Positions 1-11,447 of a DNA stretch of 64,000 bases are shown here, one piece after another. Origin of the DNA: Actinomycetota bacterium. GTDB taxonomy: Bacteria > Actinomycetota > UBA4738 > HRBIN12. The stretch covers positions 1,605 through 65,604 of the forward strand of contig JBKPHM010000047.1 of NCBI GenBank assembly GCA_046729855.1, read 5' to 3'. Each line of letters starts with the position of its first letter. The stretch's first letter is position 1. Under the pieces are notes generated by a model. It had not been told where the DNA came from and made no database searches. It saw only the letters and a program-made list of their open reading frames with translations. A program made the position numbers and the translations under genes.

Positions 1-999
1 CTCGTGGGGAAGTACATGAACGGTTACGAGCGCTTCGACCGGTGCCACTTCCCGCCCGGCTGGAGCGACTGGCATGCCATCGCAAAGCGTACGAGCGAGT
101 TCTTCTACAACTTCGACATCAACGACAACGGCGACGTGACCCACATCGAAGACGATCCGAGCGATTACTCGATGTCGGTGCTCGCCGAGAGAGCGCTCAC
201 GTTCCTCGGTGACGCCCGTCCGCCGTTCTTCCTCTACCTCGCCGTGCAGCAACCGCATCGCCCGTCGACGCCCGCGCCAGGCGACATCGGGTCGTTCGAG
301 AGCGCCCCGTTCCCCTACGACCCTTCGTTCAACGAGCTTGACATCGCCGACAAGCCGGTCCTTGGGGATCGCGAGCGCCTATCGCCCGACGAGGTGGCGT
401 ACCTGGACCGCCAGCACGAGCGGATGATGGAGTCGCTCCTGTCCGTGGACCGGACCGCGGCGTCGATCGTCCACCTGCTCGAGGAACGCGGCCTGCTGTC
501 CCATACCGTCGTGATCCTCACGTCCGACAACGGCTTCATGCTCGGAGAGCATCGCCTCGTGTCGAAGGTCTGGCCGTACGACGCGTCGATCCGCGTTCCC
601 CTCGTGGTTCGTGTTCCCTGGAGCGACGGTCCATCGACCGACGACCGTCTGGTCCTCAACATCGACCTCGCCTCGACGATCGCGGAGCTGGCCGGGATCG
701 AGCCTGGCCTGCCGCAGGACGGACGCAGCCTGGTCCCGCTGCTGCACGGGCTCGATGTCCCGTGGCGGCATGACTTCCTGATCGAATGGCTCAGTCCACG
801 CACCACGCCGATCGTTCCACCACCCTTCACCGCGATCCGGACCCGTCGATACCTGTACGTCAAGTACGAGACTGGTGAACGCGAGCTGTACGATCACCGA
901 ACGGATTCGTACGAGGTCGAGAACCTCGCCGACTCCGCGGGCACCAAAGCCATTCGGCGGCGTTTGGCGGAACGGCTGGAAGAACTGGCGAACAGTTGA
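1..999 (+). CDS. Sulfatase family protein, 5'-truncated by window edge
   Basis: ORF is open from nt 1. The C-terminal half carries sulfatase-type motifs (LTSDNGFMLGEHRL, VPLVVRVPW). The N-terminal CxPxR catalytic region is absent, so the gene starts upstream of the window. Confidence 0.8.
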   Translation, partial: LVGKYMNGYERFDRCHFPPGWSDWHAIAKRTSEFFYNFDINDNGDVTHIEDDPSDYSMSVLAERALTFLGDARPPFFLYLAVQQPHRPSTPAPGDIGSFESAPFPYDPSFNELDIADKPVLGDRERLSPDEVAYLDRQHERMMESLLSVDRTAASIVHLLEERGLLSHTVVILTSDNGFMLGEHRLVSKVWPYDASIRVPLVVRVPWSDGPSTDDRLVLNIDLASTIAELAGIEPGLPQDGRSLVPLLHGLDVPWRHDFLIEWLSPRTTPIVPPPFTAIRTRRYLYVKYETGERELYDHRTDSYEVENLADSAGTKAIRRRLAERLEELANS

Positions 1000-1032
1000 T
1001 GGCCGAACGCCGGCCACCCCACGTCGTCGAGG

Positions 1033-1512
1033 CTACCGTCTCCGGCCGATCTCGCGTTCGATCTCGCGGCGGTGCTCGCGCTCGGCGATCGCGCGCCGCT
1101 TCTCGAACTGCCGCTTGCCGCGGCCGAGACCGAGCTCGAGCTTGGCGATCCCGTGCGTGAAGTAGACGCGCAGCGGCACGAGCGCCAGGCCCCGTTCGGC
1201 GGTCTTGCCGATCAGCCGCTCGATCTCGTCGCGGTGCAGCAGCAGCTTGCGCACGCGAGTAGGGTCGTACCGACGTTTGTCCATCGCCTGCGCGTACGGC
1301 GGGATGTGCATCCCCTCGAGCCAGAGCTCGCCGTCGCGGACCCGCGCGTACGCCTCGGCGAGCGAGCCGTGGCCGCCGCGCAGCGACTTCACCTCGGCCC
1401 CGGTAAGCACGATCCCGGCCTCGTATCGCTCGAGGACCTCGTACTCGTGGTACGCACGGCGGTTCGAGACGACCGTCTTCTGGCCGGGACCGCCCTCGGT
1501 CCGGGGGCTCAC
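1033..1512 (-). CDS. smpB: SsrA-binding protein SmpB
   Basis: NRRAYHEYEVLERYEAGIVLTGAEVKSLR and the C-terminal basic tail are typical SmpB. GTG start at 1512. Lies 4 nt downstream of ftsX. Confidence 0.95.
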   Translation of the reverse strand: MSPRTEGGPGQKTVVSNRRAYHEYEVLERYEAGIVLTGAEVKSLRGGHGSLAEAYARVRDGELWLEGMHIPPYAQAMDKRRYDPTRVRKLLLHRDEIERLIGKTAERGLALVPLRVYFTHGIAKLELGLGRGKRQFEKRRAIAEREHRREIEREIGRRR

Positions 1513-1516
1513 GCGG

Positions 1517-2425
1517 CTAGACGTCGAGGAAGCGCCTCATCCCCACGAAGCCAGCGATGATCGCGACGAGCGCTCCCGCGACGATCAGCAACGGAATCAC
1601 GGCGAGCACGTCCTGGTTGGTGATCCACGGCACGAACTCGATGCCGCCCCGACCGTACAACGGGTTGATGAAGGCGACCTTCATCCCGAACAGCATCAGC
1701 ACGGCCAGGGCCGCACCGACCAGGCTCTCGACGATCCCCTCGACGAGGAAGGGGACCCGGATCCGCCAGTTCGTCGCGCCGACGAGCTTCATGATCCCGA
1801 TCTCCTTGCGGCGCGCGAACAACCCCATCCGCACGGTATTGGCGATCAGGACCGCGGCCGACAGGAGCATCAGGAAGGACACCATGAGGACGCCCACGCG
1901 GAAGATCCGCGTGATCGCGAAGAGGCGATCGAGGAACTGGCTCTGGTCGACGACCCGGTCGATCCCCGGCTGGCCGCACGAGAGCCCGTCGGTGTTGCAG
2001 CCCAGGACGCCCGCGACCTGCCGGAACTGCTCCGGGTCGACCATCTTGACCCGGAGCGACGCGGGCAGCTTGCTGCAGTCGACGGTCTCGATGAGCGACT
2101 TCTGGCTGCTGAAGATCTCTTTGAAGCGCGCGCAGGCTTCGTCCTTGGTCTCATATTCGACGTTGTCGACCACGTCGAGCCGGTACAGCCGCTCCGTCAA
2201 CGCCCCGACGACGTCGTCGTTCACCGGATCGGAGAGGTAGACGGCGACCTCGACGTTGCCGGTCGTCTGCTCGATCATCAGGCTCACCTGCCGCGAGATC
2301 AGCAGCGCGAGCCCGAACAGGAAGAGCGCGATAAACGTCGTGGAGATCGCCGCGAACGCGACCAACCCGTTCCGTCGCAGCCCGCTCGTCACCTCTCGGA
2401 ACATGTAGTCGACGCGCAGCGCCAT
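1517..2425 (-). CDS. ftsX: Cell division permease FtsX
   Basis: Internal ATG of the 457-aa track ORF ([20 protein letters not shown]...), 302 aa. ATGA overlap with the ftsE stop at 2425. The upstream part of the track ORF overlaps ftsE in another frame. Confidence 0.9.
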   Translation of the reverse strand: MALRVDYMFREVTSGLRRNGLVAFAAISTTFIALFLFGLALLISRQVSLMIEQTTGNVEVAVYLSDPVNDDVVGALTERLYRLDVVDNVEYETKDEACARFKEIFSSQKSLIETVDCSKLPASLRVKMVDPEQFRQVAGVLGCNTDGLSCGQPGIDRVVDQSQFLDRLFAITRIFRVGVLMVSFLMLLSAAVLIANTVRMGLFARRKEIGIMKLVGATNWRIRVPFLVEGIVESLVGAALAVLMLFGMKVAFINPLYGRGGIEFVPWITNQDVLAVIPLLIVAGALVAIIAGFVGMRRFLDV

Positions 2426-3102
2426 CAGCTGTACACCCCCCGCGACTGGTCGCGGACGACCCGACCGCTGTCGAGCTCGATCACCCGGCGCCGCATCGCG
2501 TCCACGATCGCCTGGTCGTGCGTCGCCATCACGACCGTGGTGCCGATCCGGTTCACGCGGTCGAGCAGCCGCATGATCTCGACCGACGTACTGGGGTCGA
2601 GGTTGCCGGTGGGCTCGTCGGCGAGCAGAACGAGCGGCCGGTTGACGCACGCGCGCGCGATCGACACGCGCTGCTGCTCGCCGCCGGACAGCTCGTCCGG
2701 ATACGCGTTCAGCTTGTCGCCTAGACCCACCAGCTCGAGGATCTCGGGTACCCGCTGGTCGATCACGTGCCTCGGCTTGCCGATCACCTCGAGGGCGAAG
2801 CCAACGTTGTCGAATACCGTCTTGTCCTGCAGGAGCTTGAAGTCCTGGAACACCGTCCCGATGTTGCGACGGAGGTAAGGCACGTTCCACGGCTTGAGCT
2901 TCATGAGGTTCTTGCCGGCAACGTAGATCTCGCCCTTGCTGATCTCCTCCTCCTTGAGCAGCAGGCGGATGAACGTCGACTTGCCCGAACCCGAGGCCCC
3001 CACGATGAACACGAACTCGCCCTTCTCGACGTCGACGGAGACGTCCAGGAGAGCCCTCACGCCGTTCCTGTAGATCTTGGATACCTGACGAAGACTGATC
3101 AT
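2425..3102 (-). CDS. ftsE: Cell division ATP-binding protein FtsE
   Basis: Walker [13 protein letters not shown] signature LSGGEQQR, 225 aa. Conserved ftsE-ftsX-smpB order. Confidence 0.95.
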   Translation of the reverse strand: MISLRQVSKIYRNGVRALLDVSVDVEKGEFVFIVGASGSGKSTFIRLLLKEEEISKGEIYVAGKNLMKLKPWNVPYLRRNIGTVFQDFKLLQDKTVFDNVGFALEVIGKPRHVIDQRVPEILELVGLGDKLNAYPDELSGGEQQRVSIARACVNRPLVLLADEPTGNLDPSTSVEIMRLLDRVNRIGTTVVMATHDQAIVDAMRRRVIELDSGRVVRDQSRGVYS

Positions 3103-3200
3103 CGTTCCTGCTAGCGGGCTGGATTCAGGGAACGAACCGCGGCCGAGTGTAGCAGACGTTCCGCCGCCGGCGAACGAAGCTCGGGCTAGTCTTGCCGCCC

Positions 3201-5672
3201 ATGCGGACCGTCGAGACGCAGCCCGCCTCGCCCCGGGACGTCGTCGCCTTCGGACGTCTCCCGCGAGCGGCGCGGCTCGCCGCGCCGCTCGCTGGCCCCA
3301 CCCTGATCGTCGCCTCCGTCCTGATCGCCCTGCGGGGCTTCGCGTTCGGCGGGCTGCTATCGAGCCAGCACCCGGACGTCCTCTCGTTCTGGCTGCCGCG
3401 GGCGTGCTTCATGGGCCGCAGCCTCGCCGCCGGGCACGTCCCGGTGTGGAACCCGTTCGAGATGGCCGGTGCGCCGTTCGCGTCGGACGCTCAGTCGGGC
3501 TGGCTGTACCTGCCGTGGATGGCGCTGTCGTGGCTGCTCCCGTGCGGGGACAGCCTTCGTGCGTTCATCGTGCTGCAGCCGATCCTTGCAGGGCTCGGCG
3601 TCCTGTGGTTCCTCCGCCGCGAGGGGCTGTCACGGCCGGCGGCGACGGCCGCCGGGCTGTCGATCGCGATGGCGATGGCTGCGTCGACCGTCGCGATCTC
3701 ACTGCCCTTCGCAGGTTCGCTCGCGTGGACGCCGTACGTGCTCGTCGGCGCGTCCGGGTTCCTCGAGGACGACGGCTGGCTCCGCCGCGTCCCGTGGCTG
3801 GCGCTGGCTGCGGCCGCGTGGGGTCAGGTCGCGGCGGCGCACCTGTCGCACGGGCTCGTGATGTGCACCGGCCTCACTGCCGCCTACGTGATCGCGCGGT
3901 CGGCGCGCGACGTGCGGCGGGGCCGCGCCAACATGGTCGGCGCGGTCGGACGAGGCGCGGCGTTCCTCGCGTTCCTTCCGCTCGCGAGCCTCGCGATCCT
4001 GCTTCCACACTTCGCGTTGATCGAGCGCTCGAGCCTGCGTGGCGGGTACGCCGCGCTGGGCGGCACGCTCGCACGGGTCGCCGGGATCGAGGATCGGCCG
4101 CTGCCGACCAGGGGCATCTGGGCCGGCTGGCCGTTCGCGATCGGCAGCACGCCCGGGGCGTACGCGGGCGCGGCGATCCTGCTCTGCGTCCCGGCGGCGC
4201 TGCGTGAGCGTAGACGGCGGTACCTCGCGTTCGCGTTCGGTGGCGTTGCGCTGGTCGCGTATCTGCTGACGCTCGACCTGCTCGTAGGTGCCGACCGATT
4301 CCGGCGCCTCGTCCTGGCGCTGCCGTTCGGCGACGTCTACCTGCACAACCCCGGCCGCCTGCGCTACCTGATCGTGCTCGTCGTGCCGGTGCTCGGCGCG
4401 CTCGGCCTCCAGTCGTTCATGGATCGACTGCCCGCGGCCCGCGAGGCGGCGTGGTGGATCGGCGGGGCCGCCGCGCTGTTCCTCGTCCTCCCGGTCGCGC
4501 TCGGTGCGGACCCGCCGAGGTTCGTCGTCCTGGGGCTCGCCGTCGCCGCGACGGCGCCGGTGCTGCTGATGCTCTGCCGCGGGCACCGCTGGGCCGCCGC
4601 ATCGCTCGCCGCGGTGCTCGCGGTGGACCTGCTCGGCGGCGCGGTATGGTCCTCGGCGTACACCGGCCGCACGGTCCGCGTCGGTCTCGAAGGCGAGGAC
4701 CCGGGGCTCGCACCGCAGCCGCTCCGCTGGCCGAGCGTCGACGTCGACGCGTATGTCGATCCCGGCCCGATCGCGGAACGGCTGCAGCGCGAGGGTCCGG
4801 GCGGCGGCCGCTACCTGACCTGGGTCCCGCCGGCCGTAGCGTTTGTCAAGGGCTACCTGTTCACGCAGGAGCCCCCCGACTGGCCGGCGCTGCTGCCAGG
4901 CCGCGCGCAGATGTTCGGGCTGTACGACACGCTCGGCTACTCGCCGATCCAGCTCCCGCGGTACTGGTCGTACATCCGCGCGACCAACCGTCTCCCGGTC
5001 TTCTACAACGCGTCGGTGCTTCAGCTGCCGGACCTCGCCGACGCTCGCCTGCTCGGGGTCCGGTACGTGATCCAGCTCCGCGGCATCCCGCCCTACATGG
5101 AGCTGGCCGACGGCACGATCGTGCCGACGCTCCCCGGCGACCGGGTGCTCACCGAACGGCGGTACGAGCTGGTCGAGATCGACGGATGGCAGCCGCGCGT
5201 ATCGGTCGTGTCCGGGTGGACCGTCGAACCGACCGCGGTCGCCGCCCTCGGCGCGGTGCTCGACCCGGCGTTCGATCCCGCGATCACGGCCGTCCTCGAA
5301 CGCGACCCCGGTGTGCCGTCCGCGCCGTCGGATGACCGCTCGTCGGCGACCTACCGAGAGGAGACGCCCGAGGGCGTGACCGTCGAGGTCGACGCGGGGT
5401 CACCGTCGATCGTCGTGGTCCGCAACGCGTGGGACGAGGGGTGGCGGGCGACCGTCGACGGGCGCCCGGCCGACGTCCTCGTCACGGACTACCTCCTCCA
5501 GGGCGTCGCCGTCCCCGCCGGACGGCACGAGGTCCGGCTCACCTACCACGAGCCGTCGATCGGGAGCGGCCTCGCCGCGTCCGGCATCGCGTGGCTGGCG
5601 CTCGCCCTGTCCGTCGCGACCGCGCTCGCCGTCAGGCGGCGTCCGTACCGCCGGCCTCCGCCCGACGTCTGA
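3201..5672 (+). CDS. YfhO-like polytopic membrane protein (putative glycosyl carrier/transferase family)
   Basis: Many predicted TM segments. C-terminus [44 protein letters not shown] plus a final TM resembles the YfhO family. First ATG is at 3201; the track uses TTG at 3192. Confidence 0.6.
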   Translation: MRTVETQPASPRDVVAFGRLPRAARLAAPLAGPTLIVASVLIALRGFAFGGLLSSQHPDVLSFWLPRACFMGRSLAAGHVPVWNPFEMAGAPFASDAQSGWLYLPWMALSWLLPCGDSLRAFIVLQPILAGLGVLWFLRREGLSRPAATAAGLSIAMAMAASTVAISLPFAGSLAWTPYVLVGASGFLEDDGWLRRVPWLALAAAAWGQVAAAHLSHGLVMCTGLTAAYVIARSARDVRRGRANMVGAVGRGAAFLAFLPLASLAILLPHFALIERSSLRGGYAALGGTLARVAGIEDRPLPTRGIWAGWPFAIGSTPGAYAGAAILLCVPAALRERRRRYLAFAFGGVALVAYLLTLDLLVGADRFRRLVLALPFGDVYLHNPGRLRYLIVLVVPVLGALGLQSFMDRLPAAREAAWWIGGAAALFLVLPVALGADPPRFVVLGLAVAATAPVLLMLCRGHRWAAASLAAVLAVDLLGGAVWSSAYTGRTVRVGLEGEDPGLAPQPLRWPSVDVDAYVDPGPIAERLQREGPGGGRYLTWVPPAVAFVKGYLFTQEPPDWPALLPGRAQMFGLYDTLGYSPIQLPRYWSYIRATNRLPVFYNASVLQLPDLADARLLGVRYVIQLRGIPPYMELADGTIVPTLPGDRVLTERRYELVEIDGWQPRVSVVSGWTVEPTAVAALGAVLDPAFDPAITAVLERDPGVPSAPSDDRSSATYREETPEGVTVEVDAGSPSIVVVRNAWDEGWRATVDGRPADVLVTDYLLQGVAVPAGRHEVRLTYHEPSIGSGLAASGIAWLALALSVATALAVRRRPYRRPPPDV

Positions 5673-6754
5673 GCTCGGCCTCGATCAGCTCCCGCAGGTC
5701 GCCGTCGAGGACCCGGTCGACGTCGCCGATCTCGACGCGCGTCCGGTGATCCTTCACCATCCGGTACGGCGCCAACACGTACGAACGGATCTGCGACCCG
5801 AAGTCGATGCCCCGCCGCTCCCCACGGAGGTTCTCGAGCTTCTGTTCGCGCTTGCGCCGCTCGAGCTCGGCCAGGCGTGCCTTGAGGATCCGCATCGCGA
5901 CCGCTCGGTTCTGTAGCTGCGATCGTTCGTTCTGGCAGGCCGCCGTGATCCCTGTCGGCAGATGAGTGATCCGAACGGCCGAGTCCGTCGTGTTCACGGA
6001 CTGTCCGCCCGGACCGGTGGAGCGGTACACGTCGATCCGCAGGTCCTTAGGGTCGATCTCGACGTCCTGCTCGTCGCTCTCCTCGAGCAGTGGGATCACG
6101 TCGAGCGAGGCGAACGACGTGTGGCGTCGCTTCTGCGCGTCGAACGGCGAGATCCGCACGAGCCGGTGGACGCCGTGCTCGGCCGATAGGAGCCCGTACG
6201 CGTTGGTGCCGTGGACGATGAACGTCACGCTCTTCAGGCCCGCCTCCTCGCCTGGGAGCATCTCGTCGATCTCGACGTCCATCCCCTCGCGTTCGGTCCA
6301 TCGCAGGTACATCCGCAGGAGCATCTCGGTCCAGTCCTGTGACTCGGTGCCGCCCGCGCCGGCGTGCAGCGTCGCGACGGCGTCGTTGTGGTCGTACTCC
6401 CCGCCGAGGAGCGTGGCCAGCTCGAGCCGCTCCATCTCCCGCTCAAGGCCGGTCAGCGCGTCGACGAGCTCCCGCTCGAGGTCGGCGTCGCGCTCGTCCT
6501 CGAGGAGGTCGTCGATCGCTCGGGCGTCGTCCAACCGCCGTTCGAGGGAATCGTACCGGTCGAGATCCGCGCGGAGGCGTGAGAGGCGAGTGGTTACCTG
6601 CTGGGCGCGCGCGGGGTCGTCCCACAGACCGGGTTCTCCGGCCTGACGTTGGAGTCCCTCGAGCTGCGCGCGCTTGCCGTCGACGTCAAAGGAACTCCTT
6701 CGCGCCGGCGAGCCGTTTGCCCAAATCCTCGATGCGGTCGGTGTGTTCGGTCAC
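5632..6754 (-). CDS. prfB: Peptide chain release factor 2, requires programmed +1 frameshift
   Basis: The 300-aa track ORF has GPGGQSVNTTDSAVRITHLPTGI and SPF motifs. Upstream frame-0 segment: GTG 6754 ... AKEFL-TGA (stop at 6688..6686). Shifting +1 gives DVDGKRAQLEGLQRQAGEPGLWDDPARAQ..., continuous with the track ORF. Total about 373 aa. Confidence 0.9.
6685..6700 (-). promoter_or_regulatory. prfB: RF2 autoregulatory +1 recoding site (internal SD AAGGAG, TTC, CTT TGA C)
   Basis: Minus strand reads AAGGAG-TTC-CTT-TGA-C, the same architecture as the E. coli prfB site (SD-like element 3 nt before CUU UGA C). Confidence 0.85.
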
Positions 6755-6773
6755 GGCAGCGATGGTACCCGCC

Positions 6774-9446
6774 TCACGCGACGGCGCCGTGGCATTTCTT
6801 GTACTTCTTGCCCGAGCCGCAGGGGCACGGCGCGTTGCGCGGCACCTTGTCGCTCCTCGCCTGCGGCGCCGCGCCGGCGGCGGCGGCCGCTTCCTCGCCC
6901 CGAGACGTCTGAACCCGCTGGGGCCGGGGCCGGCTCGGCTCGTCCTGGCGGACCAGCTCGACGCGGTAGATGTACCTGACGAGGTCGTCGCGGATCGCCT
7001 GCGTGAGCTCCTCGAACATCGCGTAGGCCTCGCGGCGGTACTCGGTGAGCGGGTCGCGCTGTCCGTACGCCCGCAGATGGATTCCCTCCTGGAGGTAGTC
7101 CATCTCGTAGAGATGCTCGCGCCACCTGGTGTCGGTGATGTTCAGGAGCACCATCCGCTCGAGCTGACGCATCACCTCGGAGCCGAGCTGGTTCTCCTTT
7201 TGCTCGTACACGTCGAGCGCGTCCGCGATCACCGCCTCGCTCAGCTCGGCGCCCTTGGGGTGGCCGCCGAGCTCCTCGGCCGACAGCCGGATCGGGTAGA
7301 TCTCGGCGAGCGCCGTGCGGAGCCCCTGCAGGTCCCAGTCCTCGCTGAAGCTCGCCTCGCCGAGGTACTCCTGGACCGTGCGCTCGATCACGTCCGAGAC
7401 CATCTCGATCGTCTGGTCCTGGAAGTCCTCTCCCTTCAGCAGCCGATGGCGCTCGTCGTAGATCACCTGACGCTGCGTGTTCATCACGTCGTCGTACTTC
7501 AGGATGTTCTTGCGGCGTTCGAAGTTGAGCTCCTCGATCTGCCGCTGCGCGCTATCGACCGCGCGCGTCACCATCTTGGCCGTGATCGGCTCGTCCTCCG
7601 GCCACTTCAGCCGCTCCATGATCGACGCGACGCGATCCGAGGCGAACATCCGCATCAGGTCGTCCTGCAGCGACAGGTAGAACAGCGACTCGCCCGGGTC
7701 TCCCTGCCGACCAGATCGCCCACGGAGCTGGTTGTCGATCCGCCGCGACTCGTGCCGCTCGGTGCCGAGCACGTAGAGCCCGCCCCGCTCCACGACGTCC
7801 TCGTGCTCGGCGTCGGTCTGCTGCTTCAACTTGCGGTGGATCGGCTCGTACTCCGTCTCGTACTCGGCGCGCTCGTCCTCGTCCATCTCGAAGAGCAGGT
7901 ACCGGTCGTTGTCGAACCCGCGGCCCGCCATCTCCTGACGTGCGAGGTACTCGGGGTTGCCGCCGAGCAGGATGTCGACGCCTCGGCCGGCCATGTTGGT
8001 CGCGACCGTGACCGAGCCGAGCCGGCCCGCCTGCGCGACGATCATCGCCTCCTTCTCGTGGTTCTTGGCGTTGAGGACGTGGTGCGGAACACCCCGGCGG
8101 CTCAGGAGCCCCGACAACTTCTCGGACTTCTCGATCGACACCGTCCCCACCAGGACGGGCTGCCCCCGCTCGTGGCGGTCGACGAGGTCCTCGACGACGG
8201 CCTTCCACTTGGAGTCCTCGGTCTTGAAGATCTGGTCCTGCTCGTCGGCACGGATCATCGGGCGGTTCGTCGGGATCTCGGAGACGGAGAGCTTGTAGAC
8301 CTGCTCGAACTCGGCGAGCTGGGTCTTGGCCGTGCCCGTCATGCCGGCGAGCTTGTCGTACATCTTGAAGTAGTTCTGGATCGTGATCGTGGCGAGCGTC
8401 TGGTTCTCCTCCTTGATCCGGACGCCCTCCTTGGCCTCGATCGCCTGGTGGAGGCCCTCGGAGTAGCGCCGGCCCTCGAGGACGCGGCCGGTGAACTCGT
8501 CGACGATCTTGACCTCGCCGCTCGTCACGATGTAGTCGACGTCGCGCTTGTACAGCTCCTTGGCCTGCAGCGCCTTCTGGAGGTGGTGCACGAGCGGCGT
8601 GTGGACGTGCTCGTACAGGTTCTCGATGTTCAACGCGTCCTCGACCTTGGAGACGCCGGCCTCCGTGATCGCGATCGTGCGTTTGGCCTCGTCGACCTCG
8701 TAGTCCTCGTCCTTCCGCAAGCGGGGGGAGATCCGCGCGAAGGTCTGGTACCACTTCGCGCTGTCGGACACCATGCCGCTGATGATCAGCGGCGTTCGCG
8801 CTTCGTCGATCAGGATCGAGTCGACCTCGTCCACGATCGCGTAGTGGTGCCCTCGCTGCACCATGTCCTCGGGCCGCATCGCCATGTTGTCGCGCAGGTA
8901 GTCGAACCCGAACTCATTGTTCGTCCCATACGTGATGTCGGCCGCGTACGCGGGCCGGCGTTCGGCCGGCGTCATCGACGACTGGATCAACCCGACCGAC
9001 GCGCCGAGCGCCCGGTAGATCCCGCCCATCCACTCGGAGTCGCGTTTGGCGAGGTAGTCGTTGACCGTGACGATGTGCACGCCGTTACCCGTGAGTGAGT
9101 TCAGGTAGGCCGGCATCGTCGCGACGAGCGTCTTGCCCTCGCCCGTCTTCATCTCGGCGATCGTGCCCTCGTGCAGGACGACCGCTCCCATCACCTGGAC
9201 GTCGAAGTGGCGCTGGCCGATCGCGCGGCGCGCGGCCTCCCGCACGGACGCGTAGACCTCGGGGAGTACGTCCTCGAGCTGCTCGCCGTCCGCGACCCGT
9301 CGCTTGAACTCCGCGGACCTACCGCGCAGCTGCTCGTCGGACAGCCGCTCGACCTCTGACTCGAGGGCGTTCACGCGACGGACGATTTGTTCGAGCCGCT
9401 TGAGCCTGCGGCCCTCACCGAGACTGCCGAGCTTGTCGAGAACCAC
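6774..9446 (-). CDS. secA: Preprotein translocase ATPase SecA
   Basis: 890 aa with full-length SecA motifs ([28 protein letters not shown]) and the C-terminal zinc motif [22 protein letters not shown] sits before GTG 9446. Confidence 0.97.
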   Translation of the reverse strand: MVLDKLGSLGEGRRLKRLEQIVRRVNALESEVERLSDEQLRGRSAEFKRRVADGEQLEDVLPEVYASVREAARRAIGQRHFDVQVMGAVVLHEGTIAEMKTGEGKTLVATMPAYLNSLTGNGVHIVTVNDYLAKRDSEWMGGIYRALGASVGLIQSSMTPAERRPAYAADITYGTNNEFGFDYLRDNMAMRPEDMVQRGHHYAIVDEVDSILIDEARTPLIISGMVSDSAKWYQTFARISPRLRKDEDYEVDEAKRTIAITEAGVSKVEDALNIENLYEHVHTPLVHHLQKALQAKELYKRDVDYIVTSGEVKIVDEFTGRVLEGRRYSEGLHQAIEAKEGVRIKEENQTLATITIQNYFKMYDKLAGMTGTAKTQLAEFEQVYKLSVSEIPTNRPMIRADEQDQIFKTEDSKWKAVVEDLVDRHERGQPVLVGTVSIEKSEKLSGLLSRRGVPHHVLNAKNHEKEAMIVAQAGRLGSVTVATNMAGRGVDILLGGNPEYLARQEMAGRGFDNDRYLLFEMDEDERAEYETEYEPIHRKLKQQTDAEHEDVVERGGLYVLGTERHESRRIDNQLRGRSGRQGDPGESLFYLSLQDDLMRMFASDRVASIMERLKWPEDEPITAKMVTRAVDSAQRQIEELNFERRKNILKYDDVMNTQRQVIYDERHRLLKGEDFQDQTIEMVSDVIERTVQEYLGEASFSEDWDLQGLRTALAEIYPIRLSAEELGGHPKGAELSEAVIADALDVYEQKENQLGSEVMRQLERMVLLNITDTRWREHLYEMDYLQEGIHLRAYGQRDPLTEYRREAYAMFEELTQAIRDDLVRYIYRVELVRQDEPSRPRPQRVQTSRGEEAAAAAGAAPQARSDKVPRNAPCPCGSGKKYKKCHGAVA

Positions 9447-9473
9447 CGGGCTCCTCAGGCGGGGACGGAGACT

Positions 9474-10712
9474 TCATGGTACCGGAGGCGGTGCGATGGA
9501 CCGGGCCGGAGTGGGGATCGGCGCGCGCAGGATCACGGCGGCCACGACCGCCAGGACCAGCACCGCGACGGACGTCCCCAGGACGGCGAACCCCGCATCC
9601 TCGAACAGCACGCCGGCGCCGAGGGCCCCGATCGCGGAGCAAGCGCTGATCACCAGGTCCGTCACGCCGAGCGCACCGGCGCGCTCGGCGGCGGACGTGG
9701 CGTCGCTGATCACGGCGGTCGCGCCAAGGTAGGTCGCCGACCATCCCAGTCCGACGAGCCACAGCCCGACGGCGACCAGCCAGCCGGCCGACGCCACGCC
9801 GGCCGTCACGGCGCCGGCAGCGCTGGCGAGCGCCCCCGCGATCAGACCTGGCCGGCGGCCCCATCGGTCGAGCGCCGCGCCGATGAACGGCGAGAACGCG
9901 AACATGCCGATCACGTGCAGGCTGATCGTCCCCGAGATCAACGCCGGCCCGTGGCCGTGCTCGTGCAGGGCGATCGGGGTGACCGACATCACGCCGACCA
10001 TCGCGACCTGTCCCACAGCAGCGGCTGCGATCGCCGCGGTGACGGCGGGCAGGCGTACGATCGCGCGAGCCGAGCGCCGCGCCGCCGGCACGGCCGGGTC
10101 GGCGACGGCGAGCGACCGCGGATCGGGGCGCAGGACCGAGGCGCAGACGATCGCGAGGGCGCCGGTCGCGGGCACGAGCAGCCACGGCGCGGCGAGCGGA
10201 TCCGACCCGTTCCGCTCCGCGATCCCTTGGATCCATGCAACGACCGGCGGCCCGCCGGCCGCGCCGACGGTCGAGGCCGCGAGGAGTATCCCGACGGCGC
10301 GCCCCCGTCGCTCGCTCGGGTACATGTCCGCCACGGCGCCGCGCGCCAGGTTGGCGCCGCCGAACCCGAACCCGAACGGCACGGCGGCCGCGAGCAGCGC
10401 GACCCATGATCCCGCACGCACGGCGACGTAGGAGGCGAGGCCGGCGGCGACGACCGCCGCGTACCCGACGAGCAGCCCGGGCCGTCGGCCGAACCGGTCC
10501 ATCGCGCGCCCGATCACGACGGCCCCGACGGCGGCGGCGGCGAAGTAGATCGCGGACAGCGCGCCGGCGGCGCTGGCGTGCCCCGACAGCTCAGCGACCG
10601 CGACCGACCCGACGACGAGCAGCGTGGTGGCGCCGGCCTGAACGCCTGCCTGCGCGAGCGCCAGCAACACCGTGTTGCGACGAACGGCCCGGGTACGTGC
10701 GTGCTCGGACAG
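9474..10712 (-). CDS. MFS transporter
   Basis: 12-TM-like hydrophobic pattern with MFS loop motifs (MDRFGRRPGLLVG, DRWGRRPGL). The track ORF N-terminus overlaps the response regulator in another frame. No in-frame ATG; candidate starts are CTG 10712 or GTG 10670, so the start is uncertain. Confidence 0.75.
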   Translation of the reverse strand: MSEHARTRAVRRNTVLLALAQAGVQAGATTLLVVGSVAVAELSGHASAAGALSAIYFAAAAVGAVVIGRAMDRFGRRPGLLVGYAAVVAAGLASYVAVRAGSWVALLAAAVPFGFGFGGANLARGAVADMYPSERRGRAVGILLAASTVGAAGGPPVVAWIQGIAERNGSDPLAAPWLLVPATGALAIVCASVLRPDPRSLAVADPAVPAARRSARAIVRLPAVTAAIAAAAVGQVAMVGVMSVTPIALHEHGHGPALISGTISLHVIGMFAFSPFIGAALDRWGRRPGLIAGALASAAGAVTAGVASAGWLVAVGLWLVGLGWSATYLGATAVISDATSAAERAGALGVTDLVISACSAIGALGAGVLFEDAGFAVLGTSVAVLVLAVVAAVILRAPIPTPARSIAPPPVP

Positions 10713-10747
10713 GGCCGGTGCGCGGATCGGCGGAGCGGTGGTATGCC

Positions 10748-11446
10748 TCAGCTGATCTCGATCATCTTCTCGCGCACGGCGTAGACGACGGCCTCCATGC
10801 GCGAGTGCAGATGAAGCTTCTCGAGGATGTTCCGGATGTGGTTCTTGACCGTGTTCTCCGAGATGAACAGCTCCTTCGCGATGTCGCGGTTGTTCATGCC
10901 CTTCGCGACGAGGCGCAGAACCTCCATCTCTCGGTCGGTGAGCCTCGGCGACGGCACCTGCGGGCGGTCGGTCGACGCCTTCGCCATCGCGGAGAACTCG
11001 TTCAGGAGCTTCGACGCCATCGACGGACTGATGCGGGACTGACCGGCCCACACCGACCGGATCGCGTCGGCGACCTCCTCGATCGGGATCTCCTTGAGCA
11101 GGTAGCCGGATGCGCCCGCCTTGATCGCGTCGTAGAGGTCGGCCTCGTCGTCCGAGATCGTGAGCATCAGGATCTTCGCGTGCGGCAGGACGTCCTTGAT
11201 CTGCGCGGTCGCCTCGATCCCCGAACGTTTCGGCATCCGGACGTCCATCAGGATCACGTCCGGCATCAGCTCCTGTGACTTGGCGATGGCCTCGGCGCCG
11301 TCGGACGCCTCACCGATCAGCTCGAGATCGGATTCGAGCTCGAGGATCGTCTGTAGACCACGACGGAACAGCGCATGATCGTCGACCACGAGGACGCGCA
11401 GCCTGTCTCCTCGCTCGGCCTGGCTGGTTCCGCGCTCGTCCGCCAC
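10748..11446 (-). CDS. NarL/LuxR-family response regulator (orphan)
   Basis: REC domain (RVLVVDDHALFRRGL...DVILMDVRMP) plus an HTH_LuxR domain (LTDREMEVLRLVAKGMNNRDIAKELFISENTVKNHIRNIL). GTG start 1 nt after the hpf stop. Confidence 0.9.
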   Translation of the reverse strand: MADERGTSQAERGDRLRVLVVDDHALFRRGLQTILELESDLELIGEASDGAEAIAKSQELMPDVILMDVRMPKRSGIEATAQIKDVLPHAKILMLTISDDEADLYDAIKAGASGYLLKEIPIEEVADAIRSVWAGQSRISPSMASKLLNEFSAMAKASTDRPQVPSPRLTDREMEVLRLVAKGMNNRDIAKELFISENTVKNHIRNILEKLHLHSRMEAVVYAVREKMIEIS

Positions 11447-11447
11447 G

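Noticed and set aside
1000-1032. tmRNA (ssrA) expected just downstream of smpB.
   Set aside because: Only 33 nt separate the smpB stop from the convergent sulfatase gene, which is far too short for a tmRNA of about 350-400 nt. Only a weak 5-bp hairpin (1001-1015) is present.
3125-3412. 95-aa minus-strand ORF spanning the ftsE/YfhO intergenic region.
   Set aside because: It overlaps the YfhO-like coding start antisense, has a low-complexity Arg/Ala/Ser translation, and has no SD.
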